64,000 bases of DNA, taken from positions 124,001-188,000 of the forward strand of contig CAJFCJ010000012.1 in assembly GCA_904063045.1 (NCBI GenBank). Direction: 5' to 3'. Position numbers and translations under genes: made by a program. Shown piece by piece: positions 1 through 13,067 of the stretch (its first letter is position 1; the number at the start of each line of letters is the position of its first letter). The notes under the pieces were generated by a model. It worked only from the letters and a program-made list of their open reading frames with translations, did no database searches and was not told the origin of the DNA. This stretch comes from Dimorphilus gyrociliatus. Lineage: Eukaryota > Animalia > Annelida.

Positions 1-22
1 TATCTAAATAAAAGACAGTTAA

Positions 23-717
23 TTAATGCATAAGCTTGTTTAAAGTCTTTTTTATCCTTAAGCTGCTTAATCTCGCATCGTACTCGTGAGCCCAGCATTC
101 AATGGATATCTTTTGAAGCTTTTTACCTAGAAGCTAAATTTTTTAACTTTATAGCAAGTGATATATTTATATATACTGTATATATATATAAGTATATGTA
201 TACAATAAAACTGGAATAAACAAAAAATAAATGGTTTCTTACCATTTCTGTCTCCTCGCAATCGCTAAATACTGGTCTGCATCTATTCTGGCATACAATT
301 TGACGAATTTTGCCAATGCTCGTGTCGTGAGATATATTTTCGTAATAAGCAAGATTATACGTTTTAGAACTGTTTTTGACAAGTTCCCATCTGTGATAAA
401 TTTCCCAAAGAAACAATCCGAATGCGTAAACGTCACTCTTCTTGTAACAGTCAAAATTTGACGATTCTAGTGTACCGTCTAGAATTTCAGGTGAAAGATA
501 TCGTTTTGTTCCAGCCTATATAAGAAATATTACAATAGTATAGTATATGATCTAATAGGAAATTGCAATATATATTTTTTTTTAGAAATTTAATAGTTTC
601 ATTCTTTTGAACTGATAAGATAAGCATCTTATGATTGAAAGTAAAATTAGGTCATTATCATTTTGATTTACTTTTTAACGTATAATAAAATATCTAAATA
701 TATATATATATATACAG

Positions 718-749
<32 letters not shown>

Positions 750-2220
750 TATAGTTGGGAACTTACAATCAATTTAGGTAAATTTCCCAAATTAATCATC
801 TTTGTATCGCTATAATAAAGTACTGACACCCCAAAATCAGCTATACAGCAACGTAAATCATCTTTTATTAATACATTATTACTTTTGAAATCGCGATGAG
901 CTAAAGCAGGTTTTCTTTCTTTTCCGAAAATTTCAGTGTGTAAGTAAGCCAAGCCAGCAGCAGCTGACTGTATTATTCGAAGTAAATCTGTAGTTGATAT
1001 TTTTCTTTCTTGTAAATAATCAAAAACAGAACCATTCGAGTGATACTGAGTTATCAACCAAAACTGTGTTAGGCTATGTCTTGATGTAATATCTGAAGCT
1101 AAATAAGCAAGTATCGTTTCGTGACGTGGAAGAACCTATTATAAGTGTTTATTGCTGTAAAATGTAAACAAGTAATTTTTTCTTATATTAGGGATACCGT
1201 ATTATATATCTGACATTCTCTATTCCACGATTTTTCATTTAGGGAATAAAATATCTTAATAGCCACGTCATCTCCGTGTAAAGAACCTTTCCATACTTCT
1301 CCAAATTTTCCCCTACCGATTGTGTGTGATAATCGTATCTCATTAGCGACGGTTCTATGCATAAGGTATGGCAGACCCATTCCGCTACCGCTAGTTAGGT
1401 TTATATCACATTGTTCCTTTTGTAAAAATAAATATGAATAATAATATACTGTACACACATATATACATACATAAGAAGAACAGTATATTAACATTTAGGT
1501 TAAATGAAATGAAAGACAATAAACTCTAGTAATATTGTGAATATAATGAGGGAGGTTCAGTTATGCGTTTTTTCTTTTAAATTACACAGAAAATCCAAAA
1601 GTATGATAATGAAAGAAATTACGTGCTACAGTTATTTTCGTAATAATCTAAAGTACTCGCCTCTTCATTTATATTGGTAGAACTACATCTGAATTTATAA
1701 ATAACATAGTACGAAAAGATAGCAAGGGCGATCAATAAACCAACTATAATAGGAATTACAAAAGCCAGAACACTTGTATCAACTTTTTTAAGAGTTGAAG
1801 TGGTCTCCGCATAGCTGTATCCAAAATTCTTATTGCAGAAATTCGAATTGCAGCAGGTTATTTTAAAATAATCGGTTGGGGGGACTGTACATTGAATTTG
1901 ATTAAAACCAGCCAAACAACCTTGTTTTTCAATCGAACTTTTCGGTTCTTTAAGAATCGATGAGTAGCACTGCAATTATTGCATCACAAAAAAAAAGATA
2001 AAAAATAAACTTCACGGCTGTAAAAGTTATTTTATAAACTCTAAAATTTAAAAACATACAGTTAATCCTTCGCAAAAGGAATATTTTCCAACAGTATTTG
2101 TACATTCAGTTGCTGGTTTGCAATTACATCGAATAGATTGATTTTCAAACATTTCATTACAAGCTCTAGATCCAAAATGGGCTAGAAAAACACTTGACTC
2201 GACACAATTATTAAGAGCAT
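23..2220 (-). CDS. ACVR1: TGF-beta superfamily type I receptor Ser/Thr kinase, ALK1/2 (ACVR1/saxophone) class, about 480 aa, 6 exons
   Basis: Exons (-): 2220-2060, 1969-1661, 1416-1198, 1135-767, 515-243, 133-23. Contains an activin-receptor ectodomain (..TCCNSNFCN), a TM helix, GS box TSGSGMGLP, GRGKFGEVW, VAIKIF, HRDFKSNN, ADFG and GTKRYLSPE. The L45 region ASDITSRHSLTQFWL matches ACVR1 ASDMTSRHSSTQLWL. The model needs a GC donor at 1660 and one extra T in the tract at 2186-2190 to give signal peptide MLLIIVSSQVFFLAHFGSRA. Confidence 0.92.
698..746. repeat. (TA)n microsatellite interrupted by CAG (TACAGTA), in receptor intron 4
   Basis: Read directly: a TA run, TACAGTA at 713-719, then another TA run. 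Confidence 0.95.
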
Positions 2221-2669
2221 ACAAAACAGAGCAAGATACGGCTTATCTGATAAAAATATCAAATTGCTTGGTTTGGTCTGCGTCAAACGTAAAAAAAACC
2301 TTGTTAATTTTTTTTTCTATTTAAATACATATTAATTAACTTTATATAAAGATACTATTGTTAAATTTAATGAAATATATATTCTAGGATAGAATGTAAA
2401 CAAGATAAACTAATTAAAAGTGATAATGAAAGGATAGAGGAAAAAAGTCGGAATTTTTTTTTCCTTCCCAGAAGTGTATTGATAGAAATAAAAGTTGACA
2501 TTATTCGAATAGACTTCTTTTTCATTCTTCTTTTTACAGTTACATAAAAAAAGTTTATAAATTATATTTATTTTTCAATATAGTATCGATTGAAAATCTT
2601 ACGCATGATTATCGCACTGCATACCTATCCATAGAAAAAAATACAATACGATATAATGAATTTAATCTA

Positions 2670-4228
2670 TTACACAACAACACCATCTTCCTTGTCTTCT
2701 GTTTGTTGACAGGATACCATGTGCTTTTTAGCATTTCTTGTGTTTAAAGAATCTCCTATACTACATGTTAGGTAAGGATAACACAAACACCTAACGCCGT
2801 CTATTGTTCTCCTACCACACGGTAGGAAAAATAATTTGACAAAAGTTTGCCGAAATAATTTTGAGCAAGCGCAATATATAATAAAGTTTACAGCACTATT
2901 TACTGCTAATAGCAAATCAGTATACTCTCTTATTCCTTTTCCTAAATTATCTTCTTCTGCGTAACCAATTTCAAAAATTGTTGACATCAGAGCGTCCGGC
3001 GTAATACATATGAGAAAAACAATAATAACAGTAATCAGCATTACAGTTACTCTATTCCGTGATACTTGTTTTTTGCCTTTCACTCTTTGCTTTCTTAGTG
3101 CACTTATTATTAATGCATTTAAAACAATTAGTACAGTCAATGGTATAAGAGATCTCAGAGCATTTTGTATCCACATATATACAGTCATGAAATCTCCATT
3201 TTCACCGAGGCTTGTTAAAGCAATTTTATATCGTGTTTGATTCAATTTTTTATCAGTTTGTATCTCTTTTTTGTAGCGTAAAGCACTAGGAATGGCTAAT
3301 ATGCTCATAGTTAGAAAGACTAGAACTGAAATGATCTTTGCTCTTCTTACTGTGCACCAAATTTTCGCTTTGGTCGCCTTGATTTGGTCGTAGATGAAAT
3401 ATTATAAAATTGATTGTTTTTAATTTCATGACTAATTAGATAAGCAGTAATTGATTTCTAAAAAGGATATTATTCTTAGGTATATACTGTATATATACAA
3501 AAGTACTGTACGTATTTAAGTAAATATATACAGTATATACTGTATATACTGTATATATATATAGTAATACATATATGGTATATAAAAGTATATAACTTAG
3601 CCAAGCTTTCTATATTTATTAATTTATACGCAAAATTAGTCAGTAATTACTCAAGCCTATTAGTAAGGTTTTTCTCGTTGTCTGTAAAAGCAATTGTAGA
3701 TATCATCGCTTTCGCTTTCTGCTTGCAACTCTGAGTTCTTTGAAAAAGCTTAAGTATCAATCTACTATATGTTTTGACTTTTAACTATAAACTTTTAACT
3801 CTTCTTATATAATATTTCATCTGTACCTTGCATATAAAAATATATCTTTCAGCAGCAACTGAGACAGTTAACCATGCACAAACGCATACTGATTCATTGA
3901 AAATGTAATGAGATATTGGATATATATAGCCCATCATGGTGTTCGCTTGGGTCGGATTAGTCCTGATAAGAATAAGATTTATCCAATATAATGTATCATT
4001 AAATAATTTAATAAGATCTGCTATTGACAAGGCGGACAGAAAGGTATTGGTAGATGTAATCATATTTTTGTTGCTCAGAACAATGAGAGTTAGAATGTTT
4101 CCACTGATACCAAATATGCAAATTGTCGGAAGGAGAATGAGACCAGTTACAAATTGAGCAGTTTCATAGAAAGATTCATAGTTTGATATATTTTTTGCAG
4201 TTGTAAGCTGAGGGAAAAGAAGAATCAT
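2670..4228 (-). CDS. Rhodopsin-class peptide GPCR, FMRFamide-receptor-like, 2 coding exons
   Basis: Exon 4228(or acceptor at 4207)-3827 covers TM1-3 (GISGN, LSIAD, AERY). Exon 3377-2670 covers ATKAKIWCT and TM4-7 (CITPD, NSAVNFIIY). The 449-nt phase-0 intron joins FICK|ATKAK. A further upstream exon is possible because TTCCCTCAG at 4216-4208 looks like an acceptor. Confidence 0.88.
3481..3560. repeat. Cluster of five TAC(A/T)GTA motifs in a TA-rich intron tract, including palindrome TACAGTATATACTGTA
   Basis: Motifs at 3485, 3504, 3529, 3538 and 3547 read directly. Confidence 0.9.
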
Positions 4229-7200
4229 TAGAAACTAATTTAATTTCTATCCTACACAATAATTCCTAAAAGAAATTATTCAATTTATATTGGCTATAAC
4301 AATTTTCACTATTTTGCTAACGCTTCAAGGTTCCATTTAAAGTGCAGTAAATTTAACACCGAAGTAATACTATTTATTTTTACCGAATGAGAAATGATAC
4401 ATAAATAGTATAAATGACTTTTTTCTCTCATTTAATGCCACTTTGAGAAGTAAAAATTATAGAAAATTTATCATTCAAATTGACTTAAATACCGAGATAG
4501 CATCAAACTTTGAGATCATATAGATAATAGTGTATATCCTGAAGTCAAATTGGAATACGTTCTTGGCATACATTTCCTTGGAAAGAAATTAATGGGGGAA
4601 GAAAGACATTGAGTGTTCTTATCGAAAGCTCTGAAAAGCAGTACATTAGATTCTTTAACGCTTGTGCTTAAAAATGGAATCGGTATACTGTCGTAAGACC
4701 AAGATAAAAAAAAGCTTTTAGCATGGTGTCATTCAATAATTAATATAAGGAGATGCTAATATATTGTCTTTTTAATAAGAAACAAACTGTAATTCTTAGA
4801 TTAGTTTACAGATTAAGATTCTTAGATTACCGACTTTTATTAATATAAAAAACTGAGATTAGTGGAAATGAGGAATACAAAAATTAGTAGAAGAGGAGTA
4901 AAGCCGAGAAATCCGAAAAAAAAATAAACAAATACTTTTTGCTACTTTTAGAAAAAAACTTCAGAATATTAAATTAATTGGCTGAAGCTTCAATTTAGAC
5001 TTTTGTGTTTGTTATTTTTTCTCAATTTGTTTCAATTGAATATAAAAGTTGTAGAAAGAACTCTCCAACTACTACATAAACGTTATTAGAATTCTTACAG
5101 TTTTTTTTTGTTCCAACAGCCTAGATTAAATCTTTTCAAAACAACTAAAGTTTGTATCCTTTACCTTTTAATTCGAAAAGATTCAATTAGTAATCTGAAT
5201 GACTAGGGACTGGTAAAAATTTACGACAACGTCCAACGTCAATGCTGTTTGTCAGTACCTTTTATCTCAAACAACATACCTCTTAACTATTGTACTCATA
5301 CTAGAAGAAACAAATACATTTGCAAAAGCTTTAACTCAAGTTCCTCTCTTCACCGTACTTAAGAGACTTTTATCTTGCGTCACGTCTAATTTAAAGTTCT
5401 TTCTCTATATTCTCTGCGACTTAAATAAGTCATAAATTAATTTAGTTTTTAAGCCTCTTTATAATATTCTTTTTAATTATGTAAACAAAAAATAAAGCTA
5501 TATTCAGGCCTTTAGGGAATTTCTGCTCACCATTAACGATTTTCATCTGTCTAAATATGTTTAAAAATTAGACTACTAATAAAACTTTTATATTCTTATT
5601 TAAACAAGCGTTTCAATACAATGTACAAGTATCCTTAGGTTAAGAGGTAACTTACATATCTGGCTTGCAATTTCTTTCATTAATCGTTCCCTAGCAAAAA
5701 TTTTATTCAACAGTATATTGCGATGCCGATATTTTTTTGCCTTTTATCCTTATTTTTTACATTTTCCAATTTCTAGGCACTATTTATAGATAATAAATCA
5801 CTTTACGGTTTGCATAAATTATGCGTTTCTTTTTATGTAGCCTATATAAAATTGTACATCACTCTTAATTCTCCGAATGAAAGTTGTCAAGGTTAGAAAA
5901 GTCAATGAAGAAAAATCTTTCTCTTCCATCCGCAAATAAATTAGATGCAATTCTAGCTATGTATACACGTGAAAAGATAAAATACATCCCGTATATTGGT
6001 TTACATGTTTTATATGCTTTGTATATTTAATATTATTAGCATACTTTCTCTCCTTTCCGCAGTTGATATAGACCCCTTCGCAAGATATATAGTATTATGT
6101 TAACTAATTGCCATGCTCTTTTACTCTATTTTATATACACACTCCAGCGTTATTATTCTACTCTTTAGACGTACATTCAGATGTACAATACACACCGTAA
6201 GACATGTTTGTATTATGATTATTATAATTTGGCGTATTAAAGATAACATTAAATAAACCGACAAGAAAACAATTTGTAAATGTGCCTATATTTCTCAGAT
6301 ATTAATAGCATAAAGTTCTTTGTGATATATTACTAAACATAAATACTGTATGTAAATTCAACTATGAATAAGAAATATCATTTTCAATCATTATTATTTT
6401 AAAAACTGAATCGGTATCTTTTATTGTCAATTTTTGAAAAAGCTTTGTTTTTAAAAGAATGTCAAAGAAATTTATTATTATTACATTTGATGGAAGATAA
6501 AGTATTGGAAATAATTAACCAAGACGATATAGTATTTCTTTTCATGTATGGTTTATACTAATGTAAATTAATAACACAATGTAAAAAGACGTCAATATAT
6601 CTGTAACTCTTTGTACACTGTAAATACTGTGCATATTCTAATTGATTTGATTTTTGAGCTCTTACTCTGAAAAAATAACCAGAATTCTTAAGGAAACCAA
6701 GAGGATTAACGTCACTCCAGCACGAATAGGTTAAAAGTCAACAACCAAGAATGCTTTTATTAGACTTTACTACCTACTTCTCTATAAAGAGTTAGGTTAT
6801 AATCAGCTCTTTTAAAAGTATTAATATATACGCATATATAAAATTGTATGCGAAATAGAATAGAAGAGGTAATAAGTTATTCAAGATAAAGATTTAGTTA
6901 AAGATTTGTGAGTTTAACACAAATATTATTGATTTTACGATAAAGTATATATGTTTTCTTTAAAATGCATGGAATCAATAGATTAACTGTCAATGAAAGT
7001 GCGTTCTATACTGTACAGTATGAATTTATCCTTAGAATATCAGTAAAAACAATTTTGACCATCATAACAAAAGTTAATCTTCGTTCTATATTTGTTATAC
7101 GGTATATACGTAAACCTCATATTAAGTAAATACTGTATATGAATAGTTTGTATATATTAGATGATTCCATCATAGCAAATAATAAATATATTAAAATTCT

Positions 7201-9290
7201 ATACTACTGGGATATTCTTTCCTGTCTAAGGAAACAAAATTTTAGTTCTGCTGATGAACAAAAAAATAGTATTTCTTATCAATTAAACATTTCACCCTAT
7301 TTATCAAATGATATATATATTAGTATATATGCATATATATATATCACTTGAATATCATTTCATCTGTAATTGTTTTAATTATATATCTTTTTTTGATTGA
7401 ATATTGAATATAATATTATATGAAATACTTAAAGATGAAATTATTTAACCTTTTCATAATAAAAAATAATTATCTATCTTTAACGAGTGAACTAAGGAGA
7501 CCTATTCATATTAATTCATTTTGCTATTTAATTTCTTGGATCTAAACGGAGTACAGAATATATGTTTAATTATTTATAAGATATGTCGTTTAACAGTACA
7601 CTCTATCTTTTTTAAAGACGTTCATAGGAGAGACAGTCAAAAGTAAAAAGCCAATAATCACTTCTTTTGGATAAAGAATATAACTCAAAGCAGCATGCTT
7701 CACTTTGACAATTATTGGTGGATGAAACATCTTGAATCTACATGAATCATACTTCTAAGCAATGAGTCAGCATTGGATAAAAGTAAAAGTATAGCTGGAA
7801 GCGTGTGCAGTTTCGTAAACAACACTAAGAAGAGCATGTTGCATATATGTCTAATATATTATAATCTAAAATATATACAGTATATATATACTGCATATAT
7901 GACATACTTGTAGCATCTTTTTGGTTATTTCTAAAAATTAATTGGCGTCTTATTCATTGATTTTTTAGGCCTAATAACAACAAAAAAGAAGAATCTTTTC
8001 CTCCTTTTGATTCTTTTATTATATTAATTACGCTTGTTTGAATCAAGTCTTCTTAAAAGGAAAATTTAAAAAAAATGTACTTCAATTAGAGTATGGATAT
8101 TCTACTAGTCAAATTAAGAATAAAATTCTAAGCTTTATTGCTGGTGTTATAGCAGATTCCACACAAAAGATCGCCTTACTTATCATTTTGTAGTTTCATC
8201 ATTATTTAATGAGAGGAGACGAGTATGAGTTGACGAATTCATGAAATAAGAGGCCATATCTTTTCTAAAAAAGCTACTATACAACCTTAGAAGTAAACTG
8301 TATCATTTATTTATTATGTGATATTAAATATATATTTTACAGTGTCCTATATATAAAATTGCAATAACAAAATTATGTAAATATACAATGAAAACTTGAG
8401 ATTAGAATGAGTGTGCTTATTATAGAAAAAATTCTATTCACTAGATAACTCAATACTAACTCATGTTTGTATGTGCTGACACTTAATTAGACTTATTTAG
8501 GCTAAGTAGCCAATAATATGGATAAGCAAAACTATTCCAGCGGTTTCCGTTAATGATTGGCTTTCAGTGTTTAATTATTTCCATAGTAGTAAAGGTTTTT
8601 AAATGTATAAAGTTATGTTAAAAACAAAAAGAAAATATATCAAAAATCCCTTTCACATTAGCCTCCATACAGTTGAAGTAGAGATTCAATATTTTGAACA
8701 AATATTAACTCCTTTTCTTATAATCAATTAGCATTAAGGGAAATTACACTATTTGCTATATCTAAACGCACAAAACATATTGGCATGTATATGTTGTATA
8801 GTTTAATTTTCTGTTAAAATCAATATTATCCGTTTCTGCACTACTTATCCGGGAACCTATGTTTAATTTTCTATCGGTTTATTATCACCTTTAAAATTTT
8901 TTTAAATTATAGATTATTGACCAAATAATCAACACTTACATTTTCCATTTTTTTATTCTAGTTTGGGATGCGGTCTTATCCTTGCTGTCAATTGAAGAAA
9001 AAGAAAATGAATAATATTTAATTCTTATAAGAATATAAGAAAAAAGAAGAACTTTCCCAGCAAAAACATATACTAATATACATATACTTGCATACAACAA
9101 TAAGAGTTGTAAAGCTTGACTAAAAAACCTACAACTATAGTTTAAATATAGTACGAAACCTCTTGCCAATGATATGAAGAGCTGAAAAACTTATACTATA
9201 CCAAAAACTTGTTGCTAGATTTATAGTAAAAGTTCTCGAAATATTGAGTATATTCGGTATAATTTATGGGATGTAAGTAAAGTAGACGTC

Positions 9291-9314
9291 TATATATATA
9301 TATATACATATATA
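9291..9314. repeat. (TA)n microsatellite
   Basis: Read directly. Confidence 0.9.
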
Positions 9315-10063
9315 AATTGAGTATTAATGTACGTTATAATAATCTATTGAGAGCTATAAAACATTTTTATACTTCTTTTTTACTAAAAAAAAACAGCATC
9401 TATAGAAGAACTTCGGTGAGTTACTTTTATGTATAATTCTTTTATTATTTGGAAATCAATAGATAAATGTTTTTGAAGATGATTCTGTTTATTCGTGCGT
9501 GAAAAACTATATTTTTCGATAGATATGCTCCTTTGTTGAACATCTTTAAAAAGAGAGAATAATACATAATTAGGCGTGAATAAATAAACCTTTCATATAC
9601 ATATACATGTAGCTACATTGTATTATTCCCTGAATCATATTAGAACTTGTTAATTCTAATTTTTGTGTGTACTTCCTCAAGTAATGAAATAATAGTACTT
9701 TTTCGGTATCTAATTGCAAAAATAAGGATTATTCAATTAGAAAAGAGGAATAGTATCCAAGATAAAAAAGAACATTTAAATTTTATTTGATATTTAATTC
9801 ATAATAGAAGGAAAAAGCGATAAAATGTTAATTTAACATTAATTATCCGATATGTTTAAAAATAGATCATTTTCTAAAGATTAAATAAATAATAGTTAAA
9901 ATGTATTTAGTTTAAATATCCTTGAAAGTAAAAGATACGATTTAATGATTAGTTTTGAGTAAATTGCTTGAAATAAGAATAAAAAATATTTAATATTAAA
10001 TTAATCATAGAAATCTTATAGAAGCAGAATAATTTTAAACGTAAAATTCGTAATTAATACACT

Positions 10064-10088
10064 TATATATATATATATATATATATAT
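10064..10088. repeat. (TA)n microsatellite
   Basis: Read directly. Confidence 0.9.
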
Positions 10089-10983
10089 TAAAATATAAAA
10101 TCTGTAATGTAACTCTTATATCTAAAGTTTAATTATATATTTATATATATATATACAGCATATATACTTAGAAAGAATATTCCTAGATTTTCGGCTATCA
10201 TTCCTAAATAATCTATGTTTTTTATTACAATCTTGTTCATTTAATTGTTAAAAAGCATCCAATTCTTTTTTGTTATAAGATAAAATCACATTTTTTCCAA
10301 TGAATATAACAACGAAAAAAGTTTTACCTATGACGATCAACATATAGAATTTTCTCATTTTGGTTCGCAGCACAAATGTGGAATGCTAATCAAGAACTTA
10401 GATGGCGCTGAGGTTGCATTAGTATTTTTTGACCACATTTGCGGAAGTAAGTCTAGGAGTATCTAAAAATATACGAAATTGAAAACTAAGTGAAATTAAT
10501 TTTTAATAGACATCCAGCATTGAAACACTATTAAATGAAGTACAAGTAATAAAACGTACAACTGCCCATTTACTTTTATTACCATAAAATAAAAAGATTA
10601 TGTATCCAAGCGAAGAAAAATCTTGGTTATCAGCAGTCTAAAAATTGCAAAATTAAAAAGAAAACGCAGCTAGAAACATCGTATTTTTTTATAATATAGA
10701 TTTCTGTAAAGGCTGAAGGTAAGCTTTTCTTGGGTCAATTGGTGTTATAATTGAGAAAAAGAAAGAGGCAGAGATGGCTTCCTTTAGAAAACACACAATA
10801 GGATATAGACTAGAAAATAGAGACTGAAATAAATTTTTTGCTTACTTACCACAACTTAAATCCAATGAGCAATATTGAAGTATTATTAAATTGTCCCTCC
10901 GTTAGATAAAATGTAGGCCAATGAATAAGTTTTTTTCTTTCTTTCTTTCTCATTCCGGATTCCGAAAGCAATAGATTTTAATA

Positions 10984-11690
10984 TACAGCGGTCAAAAGTA
11001 TTGTTGTCACACTAAAAATTAGTATATAATTCTGTTTTCACGATTGCATTAAAATCTGTTAATAATTATACATTACTATTAGTGATAATGAATATGATAA
11101 TGTATGAAAATTACGCTTGTAAATCTTGGATCTTTTGAAAGTTTAGGTTAAACATTTTTCTTAAATGAAAATTGCAAAAATATTTAAACTACAGCTGTTT
11201 CTCTCTCTATTGTAGTTATCATTGTAACATTTCTTATTTTAGCCTTAGTTTGCTACAGCCATGAATTCAACACAAAATTTAATGAATATGAGGTTGATTT
11301 TGTCCACGCCTTAAAGATGGCTGTTTCAAATTTTCTGTAGACTGAAACTGCCTTTCACCTTCGTATACTTGCCTTGTCATCATTCACCATATATCCTCTA
11401 TAATATTTAATATGGAAAATTGATGGCTAATCTAGTGGAAAAATAATACCTGGACCATAGAGAGCATGAGGGGAAGAAATGAAATAGCCTTGCTTTTACC
11501 TGCCTGCATCCTGGGCATAGCAACTGTTGGGGAGTCTTTCCTTCATAGGAAGCTCCTTCCCATATCATTACACTACCTCGACTACTATACATCTTAGGAA
11601 AAATTCTTACAAAGGTCTTGCTAAAAGTAAGCCCAGACATCAGGTCGATCTGAATTAAACTCCATTTCAAGAAAAGACTACACAATCAGG
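10984..11690 (-). mobile_element. Decayed Tc1/mariner (Tc3-like, DD34E) transposon fragment: catalytic-domain pseudogene plus one putative terminal inverted repeat
   Basis: Minus-strand frames, with stops and frameshifts, read VVFS-EMEFNSDRPDVWAYF*QDLCK / IFPKMYSSRGSVMIW / LD*PS..LNIIEDIW*MMTRQVYEGERQF..LKQ..AIFKAW. These align, from recall, to Tc3 transposase VVFSDEKKFNLDGPDG..YYWRDLRK / VFSRRNFGGGTVMVW / LDWPARSPDLNPIENLW..LVRIVY..LKQGILDAW. The end reads TA|CAGCGGTCAAAAGTATT at 10984, typical of Tc1-family termini. The partner TIR was not found. Confidence 0.75.
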
Positions 11691-13067
11691 CAAAACCAAA
11701 TTATAACAAACTTTTATAATGACCAGAATGTTTTTGTACATTGTCAAATTATAAAATTAAATTACTTTATACGGTTAAAAATGCTTATAAACTTCTTCCA
11801 TATCCATAAAATAAATATAAAAATCGATAATTTTATACTTGTTTATAGTTGTTATTCTCTGTTGTTTTATCCAAGTCTCTCTTTTCATAGTCTTTGGAAA
11901 CTTTTAAGAGAGCTGTTAATAATTATATAAAGTATGGTAATTGAAAACCTAAAAACGTTTTTTAAAGTTTTATAATCAACGGATCTTCTCTGTAAACAAA
12001 CACCTTAAAACTGCAAAATAGCGAATTAGATAAATAATCCGTCAATAAGAGAAGGCAATGAAAAACTAACAATAGATAATCAATCATGACCTATAATAAT
12101 TCAACACTAAGTAAAATTGCATTATGAATTTGATACTAAAATTATAGACATAAATAAAAAGTTTATAACATGTTTATACATGAAAAGTAGAAATACAACA
12201 TCAAATACTTTCAGATAATCGAATAATTGAAATTTTATAGGTAAGTGAGTTTAAATAGAATGTTATGAATATATTCTTCATTTCTTTTGAGATCATGTTT
12301 AAAGTGTGAAAATGAAGTTTAATTATAGAATGTTTTTTAATTGGTAATTAATCGTAATCTTATTTATATCTTGTTGTAAGAGACGCTTGAAATATTTATA
12401 ACAAGATTGCTAATGCAGAATGTTTCCTATCAACAATTAAGCAAGAATGGCCACTAATTGAGATTAAAAAAATAGCAAATCCCCGTAACATATGTAGTAT
12501 AGCATTTATTTTTAACTAAATACAGTATATAGAGTATATAGGGACGGCTATCAGAATCAATATTAAGTTAAGACAACTTATATATAAAGGGTTTTTCATT
12601 CTTATGGTTCTTGTTTCGTGACATTTTATATAAAAGGCAGCTTTTTTTTATGAGGTTTAATACAAATCCTTTGCTCCTTAGAAAAAATTTAGAGATCATG
12701 CACTAATATGAGTTAAATACAATCACGATGGGGCTAGCTTGTAGAGAGATATAAAACGAGCAAATTTTTTAGCCACCAACATTTCAACGTCTCTTTTCAG
12801 CAATGAAGAATAGCTAAGCTTTAATATATTTTTTCCAATTTATACGTTTTGGATGGTTTCATATATATGATATATCAAAAACTAGTTGCTATAACGTTAA
12901 CATTTCTTGGAATGTACTCGATTTTGACTAATAAAGTGAAATTTTGCCAAATTCCTCTAATGGTACATGTTGAGTGAGGTGCCATATTGGTAATTTTAGT
13001 CTCCCGCTTCCCTCCCCCTCCCCTCCCTTCCAATACCAACTGCCTTTTCCTTCTCTGTCGCCGATAT

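Noticed and set aside
231-461. ORFs 231-461 (+), 239-454 (-), 3010-3240 (+) and 3936-4157 (+)
   Set aside because: Antisense or alternative-frame shadows of the receptor kinase and GPCR exons; no independent coding signal.
7610-7850. LLVDETS fragment resembling an IS630/Tc1 first-Asp motif
   Set aside because: Single short motif, multiple stops, no terminal repeat.
10284-10447. Open stretch ending in a strong donor (..FDHICG|GTAAGT)
   Set aside because: No compatible acceptor or ATG upstream and the next acceptor gives an immediate stop; its GC content is partly explained by the CTCF-like motif.
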